Shown here: positions 7,159 through 16,695 of the stretch, piece by piece
How the letters are laid out: the number at the start of each line of letters is the position of its first letter
Position numbering within the stretch: position 1 is the first letter of the stretch
Assembly: GCA_016181525.1 (NCBI GenBank)
Contig: JACOZD010000002.1
Location: 1 to 43,037 of the forward strand
Source of the DNA: Candidatus Tayloriibacteriota bacterium
Lineage (GTDB): Bacteria; Patescibacteriota; Minisyncoccia; Phycocordibacterales; JACOZD01
Direction of reading: 5' to 3'
Length of the DNA stretch: 43,037 bases
Position numbers and translations under genes: made by a program
The notes under the pieces: model-generated
What the model was told of the DNA's origin: nothing
The model's database searches: none
The model's input: only the letters and a program-made list of their open reading frames with translations

Positions 7159-9462
7159 ATGCTCCATGAAATAAAGAGGAACAGTAAGAGATGCTATTTG
7201 GGCAATATCACTGTGCTCGCGGTCCTTTTATCTATTTTATTTTTAGTCGAGGCGTTGTTTCCTTTGTCATACGCTGGTTCAGAGGAAGGATTTAGAAGAA
7301 AGATTTCAGACCATAAAATCCATAATTACTTTGCCGAGGTCTGGAAGATAAGGAAAGAGATTGCTGAGGGGGGAGATGAAGAAGATAAATACAGGATATC
7401 GAAACGTCGAAGTTTGATGAAGGAACTTATGAAGCACGACCCCTCTCTTTTTTTCCTCCTCGCCGAAAGCGGAAGAAACAAAGCGAATTTTGAACGGAAA
7501 GAGCTTATAAAAGGGCTCGTCGAAATTGTTCATCATGATGAGATAAATTTCTCCAAACTTCGCGATGAATATTTTTTGCACACTAAAAGCAAGAGATTCA
7601 AACTTTATCCAGTATCTGATTTCAGACCAGAGGCGGGTTCGGAGATTTCTTTCCTCGGCTATACCGTCGGAGATAATATAGTCTTCAACCCGGCAGAGGG
7701 TATATCAGTGTTATCGGGCGAGAGGAACGAAGCTTTGGGGGAACAGAGAACACTGGTCATTCTTTTGAATCCCGAGACCGAGAGCGCCGAGCCGTTTACC
7801 GAAGAAGAAGCTCACAATATTGTTTTCGGAAGCACTGTCAGTAAATTCATGACTGAACAATCATATGGGGCTGTCTCTTTTACTGGTGACGTTTTGCCTT
7901 GGACGACCTTTCCTGCCAGAGGGAGTTGTACACTTCTCACTTCAGCCGAGCTCGAGGGAGTGATAGATTCATATAATATTGATTTGAGCGGTTATGACAG
8001 AATAATAAATTTGGTGCACATACCCACTCTGAATTTCTTAGGAGGATGCTCCACGATCGGCAAGAGCGAGTATGTTATAGGAGGAACAAGTTATCGTCTT
8101 TCACAAGCCTCGGTATCAACTTATGGATTTGATATTCCGGCCCGGTTTCTTGAATTTTTCCGCTGGACTCTCTTAGACGGCGCTTTAGCCCATGAACTGG
8201 GACACTCTCTCGGTCTCCACCACGCAAACGGCTGGGATTGCGGCGGCAGCTCGCTTGGCGCTGTCTGCGCGCGTGAGGAGTACGGCAATCTCTTTGACGT
8301 AATGGGGCAAGCTCTTTACTCCAGCCACACTAACGCTTTTTACAAACAACTACTGGGTTGGCTGCCTCCTTCGCGCATTCTGTCGGTTACCGAGTCAGGC
8401 CGCTTTGCCTTGCAGCCATTCGAGCGCTCCGACGGCGTTGCGGCCGCACGGATTAAGCTGGCGGGCAGTGATGCTTACCCTTACTACCTCGAGTTCAGAC
8501 AAAACCAGGGTTTTGACGTCGGTCTTGGGCGAAGTCATCTTGTCTCCAATCTACAAGGTCTAATGGTAAACCGAATTTTGGATATCTCCCGATTGGGCTG
8601 GAGTGTGCCGGCTCTCATCGATGCGCGCCCTACTTCTCTCACTTGGGCTTCTGATTTATTCGAAGTCACTCTTAATGCCGGTCAAAGTCTTATCGATGAA
8701 CGCTTGGGTATCGAGATCGAGACCGTGAGTTCCACTCTAGAGATTCTGATATTTGAAACCAAAATTTCTCCGCCGCCCTGTGAGCGCACCCCCCCGACCC
8801 TTTTCATACTGGAAGGCAGCGCTACTCCTGTAATTGCCTCTGGTGGCGCGGGTTACGTCACTCTTATTTTAAAGAATGATGACTATTTTGGATGCGGCCC
8901 TGCAGCAATAACAGTCACGCCTGCCCCTGGTTCTGCCGGGTGGGTATGGGAGGAGACTCGAAATCAAACTGTCAACTTGCTTCCGGAGGGGGCGCAAACG
9001 GCCTACCTAGGTTTTGGTTTAGATATTCCTCCTGATACTCCGCCCGGGTCTTACAATCTCGCTTTTGAAGCGCGGAACGAGGTCAGTGGATTGCAGTCAG
9101 AACTCATTCTACCCATAGAGATAGTCTCACCCCCGCATATTTCCGAAGTCCTGCCTCATATTGGCCCGGCTGGAACTGGGGTGATTATCAAGGGTAGCGG
9201 CTTTGATTCGCAGTCCACATTCGTGGATATGTGGAAAGTCAACTTTGGTTATCTTAGCGACTACTTGGAAGGAATCGATATCTCGGCTACTGAAGAGGGT
9301 ATTGAGTTTACTGTGCCCGAAGTGATTAATGTCTGCGCCGAAATCTGTGAAATCATCTCTCTCCCTCTGGGCAGGTACGAAATAATTATTACAGCCAACG
9401 GTGCCAGTGCCAAGGGGGATTTTATTGTCGTGCCGCCTGCGCCAGTAAAGTCCAAAAAGTGA
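7159..9462 (+). CDS. secreted/surface zinc metallopeptidase (M11-like) with C-terminal Ig-like domains
   Basis: N-terminal TM segment, HELGHSLGLHH zinc motif, EYGNLFDVMG Met-turn, IPT/TIG-like C-terminus. Confidence 0.8.
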   Translation: MLHEIKRNSKRCYLGNITVLAVLLSILFLVEALFPLSYAGSEEGFRRKISDHKIHNYFAEVWKIRKEIAEGGDEEDKYRISKRRSLMKELMKHDPSLFFLLAESGRNKANFERKELIKGLVEIVHHDEINFSKLRDEYFLHTKSKRFKLYPVSDFRPEAGSEISFLGYTVGDNIVFNPAEGISVLSGERNEALGEQRTLVILLNPETESAEPFTEEEAHNIVFGSTVSKFMTEQSYGAVSFTGDVLPWTTFPARGSCTLLTSAELEGVIDSYNIDLSGYDRIINLVHIPTLNFLGGCSTIGKSEYVIGGTSYRLSQASVSTYGFDIPARFLEFFRWTLLDGALAHELGHSLGLHHANGWDCGGSSLGAVCAREEYGNLFDVMGQALYSSHTNAFYKQLLGWLPPSRILSVTESGRFALQPFERSDGVAAARIKLAGSDAYPYYLEFRQNQGFDVGLGRSHLVSNLQGLMVNRILDISRLGWSVPALIDARPTSLTWASDLFEVTLNAGQSLIDERLGIEIETVSSTLEILIFETKISPPPCERTPPTLFILEGSATPVIASGGAGYVTLILKNDDYFGCGPAAITVTPAPGSAGWVWEETRNQTVNLLPEGAQTAYLGFGLDIPPDTPPGSYNLAFEARNEVSGLQSELILPIEIVSPPHISEVLPHIGPAGTGVIIKGSGFDSQSTFVDMWKVNFGYLSDYLEGIDISATEEGIEFTVPEVINVCAEICEIISLPLGRYEIIITANGASAKGDFIVVPPAPVKSKK

Positions 9463-9469
9463 ACCAAGA

Positions 9470-10318
9470 ATGTTAAGAATCGGAGCGCATCAGTCGATTG
9501 CCGGAGGGTACGCTAAAGCAGTGGAGAGAGTTCACGCTATCGGGGGCAACTGTCTCCAGATTTTCTCCGCCTCGCCCCGAAGTTGGAGCCGGCCCGCTCC
9601 GGACGCCGAAGACAAGAAAAATTTTTTGAAGTTGAGAGAGGAATTTGACGTTCATCCTGTCTACTTCCACGCTTCTTATCTCATCAACCTGGCCGATGGC
9701 GGAGAAGTCGGCCGGAGGTCAGTCGGGGCGCTCATCGCCGAACTTAAAGCGGCCGGGGACTGCGATATTGTCGGCAGCATCATCCATCTCGGCTCGTTTA
9801 AAAACGCTGACAGCGCCGCCGTGGCAGAAAACCGGTACTCGATTTTAATCGCCAATATAAAAGAGATTTTAGATAACACCCCTAAGCGCACCTTTTTTAT
9901 CATCGAGAATTCGGCCACCCGTAAAATCGGCCGGCGGCTGGAGGAGATAGCTAATATCATAAATTGGCTTGGCAGCGATAGAGTAAGGGTTTGTCTCGAC
10001 ACCTGCCACCTCCACGCCGCCGGCTACGACCTCTCCAGCCGGAGGAGAATGGAAGATTTTCTTAAGGACTTTGACTCTCAAATCGGTTTGTCACAACTCC
10101 AGGTTTGGCACGCCAACGACAGCCGCGACGCCTTCGGGTCGCTGCGCGACCGGCACGAGAACATTGGTGAAGGCAAGGTGGCCAAGGCCATTTTCTCTCT
10201 TCTTCTCCAGGAAGCCGAGACGAAGTATCTGCCTTTTATTATCGAGACGCCGGGTTTTGACGGCCAAGGGCCGGATGCCGAGAATATCGCTAGACTGCGC
10301 TCGCTGGAAGTCGGTTAG
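9470..10318 (+). CDS. nfo: endonuclease IV
   Basis: GAHQSIAGG, HASYLINLA, CLDTCHLHAAGYD, DRHENIGEG, IIETP. Confidence 0.95.
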   Translation: MLRIGAHQSIAGGYAKAVERVHAIGGNCLQIFSASPRSWSRPAPDAEDKKNFLKLREEFDVHPVYFHASYLINLADGGEVGRRSVGALIAELKAAGDCDIVGSIIHLGSFKNADSAAVAENRYSILIANIKEILDNTPKRTFFIIENSATRKIGRRLEEIANIINWLGSDRVRVCLDTCHLHAAGYDLSSRRRMEDFLKDFDSQIGLSQLQVWHANDSRDAFGSLRDRHENIGEGKVAKAIFSLLLQEAETKYLPFIIETPGFDGQGPDAENIARLRSLEVG

Positions 10319-10376
10319 AATGAGCTGTGTATAACCTTATGCTCCGAAACGTCTCTTGTTGATATAATTTTGCTGT

Positions 10377-12104
10377 ATGCTCACTCCCAATGAACAAGAG
10401 TATCTTGTAAAAATCCAGTCCTATAATCCCGGCATCGGAGACGCCGATATCCGGCTGGTACTTCGCTCAAGCGGCTGGAACGCCGAGAAGATAGAAGAAG
10501 GGGTAAAGTATCTTCGGGGCGGCCCTCCTCCGCCTTGGCCCAAGGAGACCTCTCTGCCGTCACCGGCCGTGAGCCCGCCGCCCCGGCAAGGGGGCGATCT
10601 CATCCCGCAGCCGGTTAAACCCGGACTGACTCCGCTCATTCAGTCAAAGGCGCCTCTGCCGCCGAAACCGGTCGCACTCTCTCCAGCTCTGCGCGGAACG
10701 CCCGGTGTTCGAGGCGTAGCTTTGGCCATGGCGGCATTGCTTGTTTTAATTTTAGCCGCCAGTGGTTTGTCATTTTTCCTCGGCCTGCCGCCGCTTGGAA
10801 CTCTCGGCAAGCCCGCTTCGCCGAGTAATTTTCTGACCACTATCTCAAAGGCCTTAACCGGGTCCGGGAGCTTGTCCCGAACCATAGTTCTGGAGTTTAA
10901 AGAAGAGCCGAGGGAGAACGGGGTCAAATCTTCCGGTTCGAGCGCCGTCAATGACTTTTTAAAGAGCATCTCTCCGGGTTCTTTCGCTCGGTCCCGGCTT
11001 GAGGCCAGCTACGCCGGCCGGGACTTCAAGGTCGAACTTGACGCCAGCGCCCGGGTTGGCCTCGCTGTCTTTGAGTCGGTCGGGGCCGTCGTTATCAAAG
11101 CGGGCAAAATTTATCTTAGAGTTGATAAACTTTATCCGAGTGCCTTAGCCACCTCGACCATCCTCGGTCAGTGGGTCTCACTCATGCCCGAGGAGTTGCC
11201 CCTCCTGGCCCGGCCCGAGGCCACCACCACTGCCGCCGGAGCGGGCCCGCTCCGGCTCGACGAGCGGGTCTACCTTGAATACCTTGAAACCGCTCTGCCC
11301 CTGGCCGACCGCCACCGGGTGATTAAAATCTCGCGGGTTAGGCGCGATGACATCTCCGGCCTAAAGGCCTATCGTTACGACATCAGGGTCAGTCTGCCGA
11401 ATTTAATCTCGTTTTATAAAGAGTATACCGAGGTAATGAGAGAGAGGTATGGAGCATCCGTCATTTCTCCCAATACCGGTTTGATTGAGTTTCTTGAGAA
11501 TGAAGATTCAGCCGAGGTTTTCGACTTTTGGAAAAGGAACAGCGCCGCCTCGGTGTGGCTCGACGAGAGAGGATTGCCCGTTTCCTCTCTTCTCACCTTG
11601 CGCTTGGTGCCTCCGGACGAGGTGACTACCCTCTCCGGCAGACAGTTTAAGTTGACCGTCTCGGCAGACGTCTCGCCCGGGTTGGCGGTTATCCAGGCCC
11701 CGGAGAGGTTTCTCTCGATCGAGGAGGCTCGGAGAATTCTCTTTGAACCGCCGCCCTCGCCTTCGTCCCTCAAGCCGCCGCCTCCGCCGGCCGCAAGAAA
11801 ACCGACTTCTGCCGTAACCGAAGTCAAGGCCGTTTTTGAAAAAATTCGCGCGGCTAACAGGACTCAAAATGCGGACGAGATGGATAAACATCTCACCGCC
11901 CGCTCGGTAGCCCTGCTCGCGGCCGGAGGCGAGAGAATCTGGTTTAAGGACTTTGTTTGGGTCTCCGGTCGGGTTTCAGGCTCGAGAGTGGTGACGGAGA
12001 TACGCATCATTGACCTGGCGGCCGGGGCCAGCACCTTGAGTGTCCCGTTTTTGCGTCAAGGCGGAGTCTGGAAAATGGGTTTAGCCGAAAGTCTGGAGCT
12101 TTAA
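10377..12104 (+). CDS. membrane-anchored hypothetical protein with Pro-rich linkers
   Basis: 575 aa, single TM segment, N-terminal LRSSGW motif. Confidence 0.8.
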   Translation: MLTPNEQEYLVKIQSYNPGIGDADIRLVLRSSGWNAEKIEEGVKYLRGGPPPPWPKETSLPSPAVSPPPRQGGDLIPQPVKPGLTPLIQSKAPLPPKPVALSPALRGTPGVRGVALAMAALLVLILAASGLSFFLGLPPLGTLGKPASPSNFLTTISKALTGSGSLSRTIVLEFKEEPRENGVKSSGSSAVNDFLKSISPGSFARSRLEASYAGRDFKVELDASARVGLAVFESVGAVVIKAGKIYLRVDKLYPSALATSTILGQWVSLMPEELPLLARPEATTTAAGAGPLRLDERVYLEYLETALPLADRHRVIKISRVRRDDISGLKAYRYDIRVSLPNLISFYKEYTEVMRERYGASVISPNTGLIEFLENEDSAEVFDFWKRNSAASVWLDERGLPVSSLLTLRLVPPDEVTTLSGRQFKLTVSADVSPGLAVIQAPERFLSIEEARRILFEPPPSPSSLKPPPPPAARKPTSAVTEVKAVFEKIRAANRTQNADEMDKHLTARSVALLAAGGERIWFKDFVWVSGRVSGSRVVTEIRIIDLAAGASTLSVPFLRQGGVWKMGLAESLEL

Positions 12105-12107
12105 TCT

Positions 12108-12143
12108 TGGTAAAATAAGCTGCGATCGCAGCTTATTTTACCA
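12108..12143. terminator. perfect inverted repeat (terminator or REP-like)
   Basis: TGGTAAAATAAGCTGCGATCGCAGCTTATTTTACCA right after the stop codon. Confidence 0.6.
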
Positions 12144-12258
12144 TTACCATCACCACTAGAGGAAACCAGAGGAAACCGGAGGAAATTTCAACTGGGTAAC
12201 TGAACACGTTCTGGCGGTCTCGGCTTTTCTTTGTTATACTCCCGGTAGACGCGCATAG

Positions 12259-13053
12259 GTGCGTTTGTTCTTTAAGTGTATGAAGATTCTGTCTAAATTG
12301 TTTTCTAATTCAGGAGCGCAGACTACTCTCTTTAGAGAGGACATTCTCAAGGAAATTAAGGAGGGCGGTCTCCAGATTGCTCCCTTCAATCCCGAGCTGG
12401 TCAAGGAGGCCTCAATCGACCTTAGCCTCGGTGAATATTACTTCGAGCAGAACGAGGACTATGAAATGCGGGCCCAGATTGGCGGCCCGCGCTGCCACAA
12501 TCCCTTTGACCAATTCTCCAGAAATTTATGGAAGTGCGACTGTTCGCGGGCCAAACCGGCTCAAATATGCGCCGACGAGCATGATGTCGTGCTGAAGGGT
12601 TTCGACCCGAAGGATTTGGCGGTGGTTATCAAACCCAAGCAGAGCATCCTGTCGGCCAGTCTGGAGTTTGTAAAATTGGGAGAGAGAATCTCTCTCCATC
12701 TTGACGGCCGGTCATCGCCCGCGCGGCTGCTTTTGAGGGCGGCCGGGCCGATGGACTTCATCGACCCCGGCTACGTCGACCCCGTAACCTTTCTTATCAC
12801 CAACCCTTTTGACACCTTGCCGGTTGTCCTTAAGGTCGGTACGCGCCTGGTTCAGTTTGAAGTCAAAAAGGGCGGCCCTGGTTGCAGCGGCTGCTACGGC
12901 GGTCGAGGCAAGTATTCTTCACCCGTAAGTCTCGAGGAGGCGCAGGCGGCCTGGCAGCCGGAAATGATGCACTCCAAGATGCATCTCGACCCGGAGGCCT
13001 TCCCCAGTATGACCGTTTACCCAGATAAACATATAACCAGCCGCGCGGTCTAA
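12259..13053 (+). CDS. dcd: dCTP deaminase-like protein (divergent)
   Basis: ASIDLSLG, GRSSPAR, FIDPGY, LKVGTRLVQ. Confidence 0.75.
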   Translation: MRLFFKCMKILSKLFSNSGAQTTLFREDILKEIKEGGLQIAPFNPELVKEASIDLSLGEYYFEQNEDYEMRAQIGGPRCHNPFDQFSRNLWKCDCSRAKPAQICADEHDVVLKGFDPKDLAVVIKPKQSILSASLEFVKLGERISLHLDGRSSPARLLLRAAGPMDFIDPGYVDPVTFLITNPFDTLPVVLKVGTRLVQFEVKKGGPGCSGCYGGRGKYSSPVSLEEAQAAWQPEMMHSKMHLDPEAFPSMTVYPDKHITSRAV

Positions 13054-13100
13054 AACCGCGCGGTTTTTCATTGGATTTTTAATTATTAGGATGATAATGT

Positions 13101-13634
13101 ATGTTTATGAATGCCAAGGGTGTTTTTTATTTTGTCTTAGTTTTAGGTATCGCCGTCCTGGCCTTTGTCTTTGTCAAGCCAGGCCGGCCGGCAGTCCGGA
13201 ACTTCTTCGAGTGTGAGGAGGCGGATTATCCGGTTCAGGAGTCTTTTCCCAGACGATGCACCGACAAAACCGGCAAAGTCTTCGTCGAGGACGTCGGCAA
13301 TGTTCTGGAGAAGCAGAACCTCATTCGCCTGGACCGGCCGAGACCGAACGAGTTTATTGAGAGCCCGCTCGAAATCTCCGGCTCGGCCCGGGGCGTCTGG
13401 TTTTTTGAGGCCTCTTTTCCCGTGACCTTAAAAGACTCGGTGGGGAGAATCATCGCGGAGGCGCCGGCCGAGGCGCAGGGCGAGTGGATGACCGCGGAGT
13501 TCGCGCCCTTTAAGGCTGTCTTAACCTTCTCATCGCCGACAGGAGAGTTTGGGTCTCTCATCTTGGAAAAAGACAATCCTTCAGGCCTGCCGGAGCATGC
13601 CGATTACCTCCGCGTGCCGGTGAGATTCAAATAA
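13101..13634 (+). CDS. Gmad2 Ig-like domain membrane protein
   Basis: ECEEADYPVQESFPRRC; ISGSARGVWFFEASFPV; KDNPSGLPE. Confidence 0.8.
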   Translation: MFMNAKGVFYFVLVLGIAVLAFVFVKPGRPAVRNFFECEEADYPVQESFPRRCTDKTGKVFVEDVGNVLEKQNLIRLDRPRPNEFIESPLEISGSARGVWFFEASFPVTLKDSVGRIIAEAPAEAQGEWMTAEFAPFKAVLTFSSPTGEFGSLILEKDNPSGLPEHADYLRVPVRFK

Positions 13635-13796
13635 AGGAGGGCACGCCGAAAAAACATGAGAAATTACGCTAAAGTCGGCGGGCGGCGGGGCAAACCGGGT
13701 TACCGGACACCATCCACATTTCGCAACAAAAAGGCGGTTGCAGTCGCTAGGCTAAAGAGATATACTTATTCACGTAAAAAGTTTTAAAGCGACAAT

Positions 13797-14393
13797 ATGG
13801 AAAACAACGAACCGAACAAAACGTCTTCAGCAAAGTTCGTAACGGGAGCGATTATCATTGTTTTGGTTGTAGCGGCGGCCGTGTTTGCGGGCAGTCGGCG
13901 GGGCGGCGAGGACAAGGTCGGGAGCGAGCCTCTGACTCCTCCTCCACCGGCGAGTGTCAATCCTCCGGCCGTCTCACCCGTGCCCCCGCCTGTCTCGCCG
14001 GGCGCCGTCTCGCTTAAGGTTTATTTTCCAAACAGCAAGCTCGACCCGGGAACCCCGGATTGCGCCAAGGTTTTTAGCGTTAGTCGAACCATTCCTGCCA
14101 CTAGGGCCGTGGCTAAGGCGGCTCTGGCCGAACTTCTCAAGGGTCCGACGGCGGAGGAGCTCTCCCTCGGATACTTTACCTCGATTAACTCCGGCGTCCG
14201 TCTGCAGAAGCTCTCAATCGTGAGTGGCGCAGCCAAGGCCGACTTCGATGAGGAACTTGAGAAAAATGTCGGCGGCTCGTGCCGAGTGACGTCCATCATT
14301 GCCCAGGTAGAGGAGACCCTGAAACAGTTCCCAACCGTACAAAAGGTCGAAATTTCCATTAACGGCCGGACGGAGGACATCCTCCAGCCGTAA
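13797..14393 (+). CDS. GerMN domain protein
   Basis: AALAELLKGPT...GGSCRVTSIIAQVEETLKQFPTV. Confidence 0.85.
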   Translation: MENNEPNKTSSAKFVTGAIIIVLVVAAAVFAGSRRGGEDKVGSEPLTPPPPASVNPPAVSPVPPPVSPGAVSLKVYFPNSKLDPGTPDCAKVFSVSRTIPATRAVAKAALAELLKGPTAEELSLGYFTSINSGVRLQKLSIVSGAAKADFDEELEKNVGGSCRVTSIIAQVEETLKQFPTVQKVEISINGRTEDILQP

Positions 14394-14406
14394 ATTTTTC
14401 AATTTC

Positions 14407-14565
14407 ATGCACTACGTTTGCACAGGCAATTGCGGTTGCACCTCGGAAACTCCTTGCGTCTGCGAGACCGAAGGGTGCGTCAAGGAGGGTAAACCCATGA
14501 TTGAGTGCGGTTGCACCGACAGTCAGCACAAGGAGGCCATCGATAAGACCAACAAGGGAGAGTGA
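14407..14565 (+). CDS. small Cys-rich (metallothionein-like composition) protein, 52 aa, not in ORF track
   Basis: MHYVCTGNCGCTSETPCVCETEGCVKEGKPMIECGCTDSQHKEAIDKTNKGE fills the intergenic gap; 8 Cys. Confidence 0.75.
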   Translation: MHYVCTGNCGCTSETPCVCETEGCVKEGKPMIECGCTDSQHKEAIDKTNKGE

Positions 14566-14577
14566 TAAAATAAGGGG

Positions 14578-15471
14578 ATGAGAAAGATTGTGGCGGCTTC
14601 GCTGGCCGCCGTGGCCGTTTTGGCGGTTTTTATAGTTCGAACCGGTTTCTGGCGAGAGGCTATAAAGGGCACCGAGCTGGAACGAAAGTTTGCCGAGCTG
14701 GAGAAACTCGTTTCGCCGTCCGGAGTGACCGAAGCCATTCGGGAGACCTTGCCCGGGCTCGAGAGCGCTGTTAAACGTCTGGAGGCGCCAGGGCCTTTGA
14801 GGAAGCCAAACGGCAGCGCCGCCCCGCTTACCCAAGGCGGAGTCTGGCGTTTAACCAACGACGAGAGAGTTAAAGCCGGTTTTCCACCCCTTGCCTTGAA
14901 CTTGCGACTGAACGTGGCCGCTCTCTCTAAGCTCCAAGATATGTTCGCTCGACAATACTTCGAGCATGTCGCCCTAACCGGGGAGGACGCCGGTCATCTG
15001 ACCGGGCAGGCCGGATATGATTTTCTCTCCGTCGGCGAGAATCTGGCTTTAGGCAACTTCTCGGGCGACGCCGGCTTAGTGGCCGCCTGGATGGCCAGTC
15101 CCGGCCACCGCGCCAACATCTTGAGTCCGCGTTTTAGCGAGATAGGCATTGCCGTCGGAGAGGGTTTTTTCGAGAGCAGAAGAGTCTGGATGGCGGTTCA
15201 GATTTTTGGCTGGCCGGCCGAGAGCTGCCCGGCTCCAGATGAGAACTTGAGGCGGCGAATCGAGGTGAGAGAACTTGAGCTCGAGGTCATGGAGGATGAG
15301 CTCACCCGCCGGCAGGAGACCTTGGAGAGCGAACCGGGACGCCGGCGGCAGGCGGTGGAGGAGTACAATAACTTGGTGGCCCGATACAACGCCCTCGTTA
15401 AGGAGCTCAAGCTCGTGATTGAGGAGTATAACGCCGGCGTCCGGAGCTTCAACGAATGTGTGTCGGGCTAG
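14578..15471 (+). CDS. CAP/SCP domain protein with C-terminal coiled coil
   Basis: YFEH, GENLALG, WMASPGHRANIL, EIGIAV. Confidence 0.9.
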   Translation: MRKIVAASLAAVAVLAVFIVRTGFWREAIKGTELERKFAELEKLVSPSGVTEAIRETLPGLESAVKRLEAPGPLRKPNGSAAPLTQGGVWRLTNDERVKAGFPPLALNLRLNVAALSKLQDMFARQYFEHVALTGEDAGHLTGQAGYDFLSVGENLALGNFSGDAGLVAAWMASPGHRANILSPRFSEIGIAVGEGFFESRRVWMAVQIFGWPAESCPAPDENLRRRIEVRELELEVMEDELTRRQETLESEPGRRRQAVEEYNNLVARYNALVKELKLVIEEYNAGVRSFNECVSG

Positions 15472-16651
15472 TATCTTTTAGTCTGGCGGCGTAGTATACC
15501 CCGACAAGCATGAGAAGACCTAAAACAACAAAGAGTTTGCCCTCGGTCGGGAGGCCGGTTGGGAGCGAGAGGAGAATGCCGGCTGCGAGCGGCGAGATGA
15601 TGTAAGCCAGAGGTCGGGCCGACCGGAAGAGGCTGATAATCGAGGCGTCGGCGGTGGAAACTTGCTTGAAAAAGTAAGATTCGGTCATAATTTCTACGGC
15701 GCTGGCCCCAACCCGAGTCATAAAAAGTATGGCCGCCCAGAGGGCGAAGTTTTTGTGGGAGACGAAGGCCATGAGGGCGGTAAAGAAAGCGGTCGTGATG
15801 AAGCCGGCCGCCAGGAACTCTTTCTCGCCTGTCCGGCTGTCGGCCAGTCGGCCCAAAGGGAGTTCGAAAAGGAGGAAAGGCAGGAGCATGATGGAGAAGA
15901 TAGCCAAAGTTTCTTTGAGAGTGAAGCCGACCGCCTCTTGGAGATAGATGGGAGTGTAAATCACCATCCAGGAGTAAAAAAATTGGAGAAGGAAGTTGGC
16001 CATGAAGATGCGGTAGATGTTTGGGTTCCGAAAGAGGGCGCGGGCGGTGGCGGGGATGTTGAGCTCGCGGTAAGAAGTGTCGCGGAAGAATTTTAGATTG
16101 ACGAGAATGATGACGAAGAGCGGCAGGAGAAAGATGACCGAGGCGGAATAAATCGAGCTGAAGCCGCCCCCGCCGGCTAAGAATGAGACCGCCAAGGGCG
16201 AAACGACGAAAGCGGCGTTGGCGGCGGTCATAAAAAGGCCGCGGACGGTGCCGGTCTCGCGGTTCCGGGTGACGGACTCCAGAAAGATGTCGAGGTCAAA
16301 GGCGATGAGGGGGAAGATGGCGTGATGAAGGATAAAAAATGCGGCGATGAGGTAGGGTTTATGGAGGAAGGCCAGACCGAGAATCAGGGCGGCCTCGAGG
16401 AGAATGAGGGAGAGAGTCAGACGGTAGTTGCCGGTGCGCCGCAGGACCTTGGCAAGGTAGAGAAAGATAAAGATATTTAAAGCGGCGCCGGCTGTGTAAA
16501 GGATGCCGACGTTCTCTTGGGAGAAGAACTTGGAGAGAAAGGAGGAGTTGACGTAAACAACGAAGGCGTAGTGGAAGGAGAGGAGGAGGGTCGAGACGTA
16601 CATGAGCCGCTCCATCATTCTCCCTCCCGGTCTCCGGGCGATTTCTTTCAT
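15449..16651 (-). CDS. MFS transporter
   Basis: About 12 TM segments, LGRLADSRTGEK motif A-like. Confidence 0.85.
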   Translation of the reverse strand: MKEIARRPGGRMMERLMYVSTLLLSFHYAFVVYVNSSFLSKFFSQENVGILYTAGAALNIFIFLYLAKVLRRTGNYRLTLSLILLEAALILGLAFLHKPYLIAAFFILHHAIFPLIAFDLDIFLESVTRNRETGTVRGLFMTAANAAFVVSPLAVSFLAGGGGFSSIYSASVIFLLPLFVIILVNLKFFRDTSYRELNIPATARALFRNPNIYRIFMANFLLQFFYSWMVIYTPIYLQEAVGFTLKETLAIFSIMLLPFLLFELPLGRLADSRTGEKEFLAAGFITTAFFTALMAFVSHKNFALWAAILFMTRVGASAVEIMTESYFFKQVSTADASIISLFRSARPLAYIISPLAAGILLSLPTGLPTEGKLFVVLGLLMLVGVYYAARLKDTSPTHIR

Positions 16652-16695
16652 TCCTCAATTATATCTTGATTGCTCCAGACCCTAAATGCCCGCCT

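Noticed and set aside
12158-12186. Short (A/G)GAGGAAACC tandem repeat
   Set aside because: Only about three short copies with no spacers; no function can be supported.
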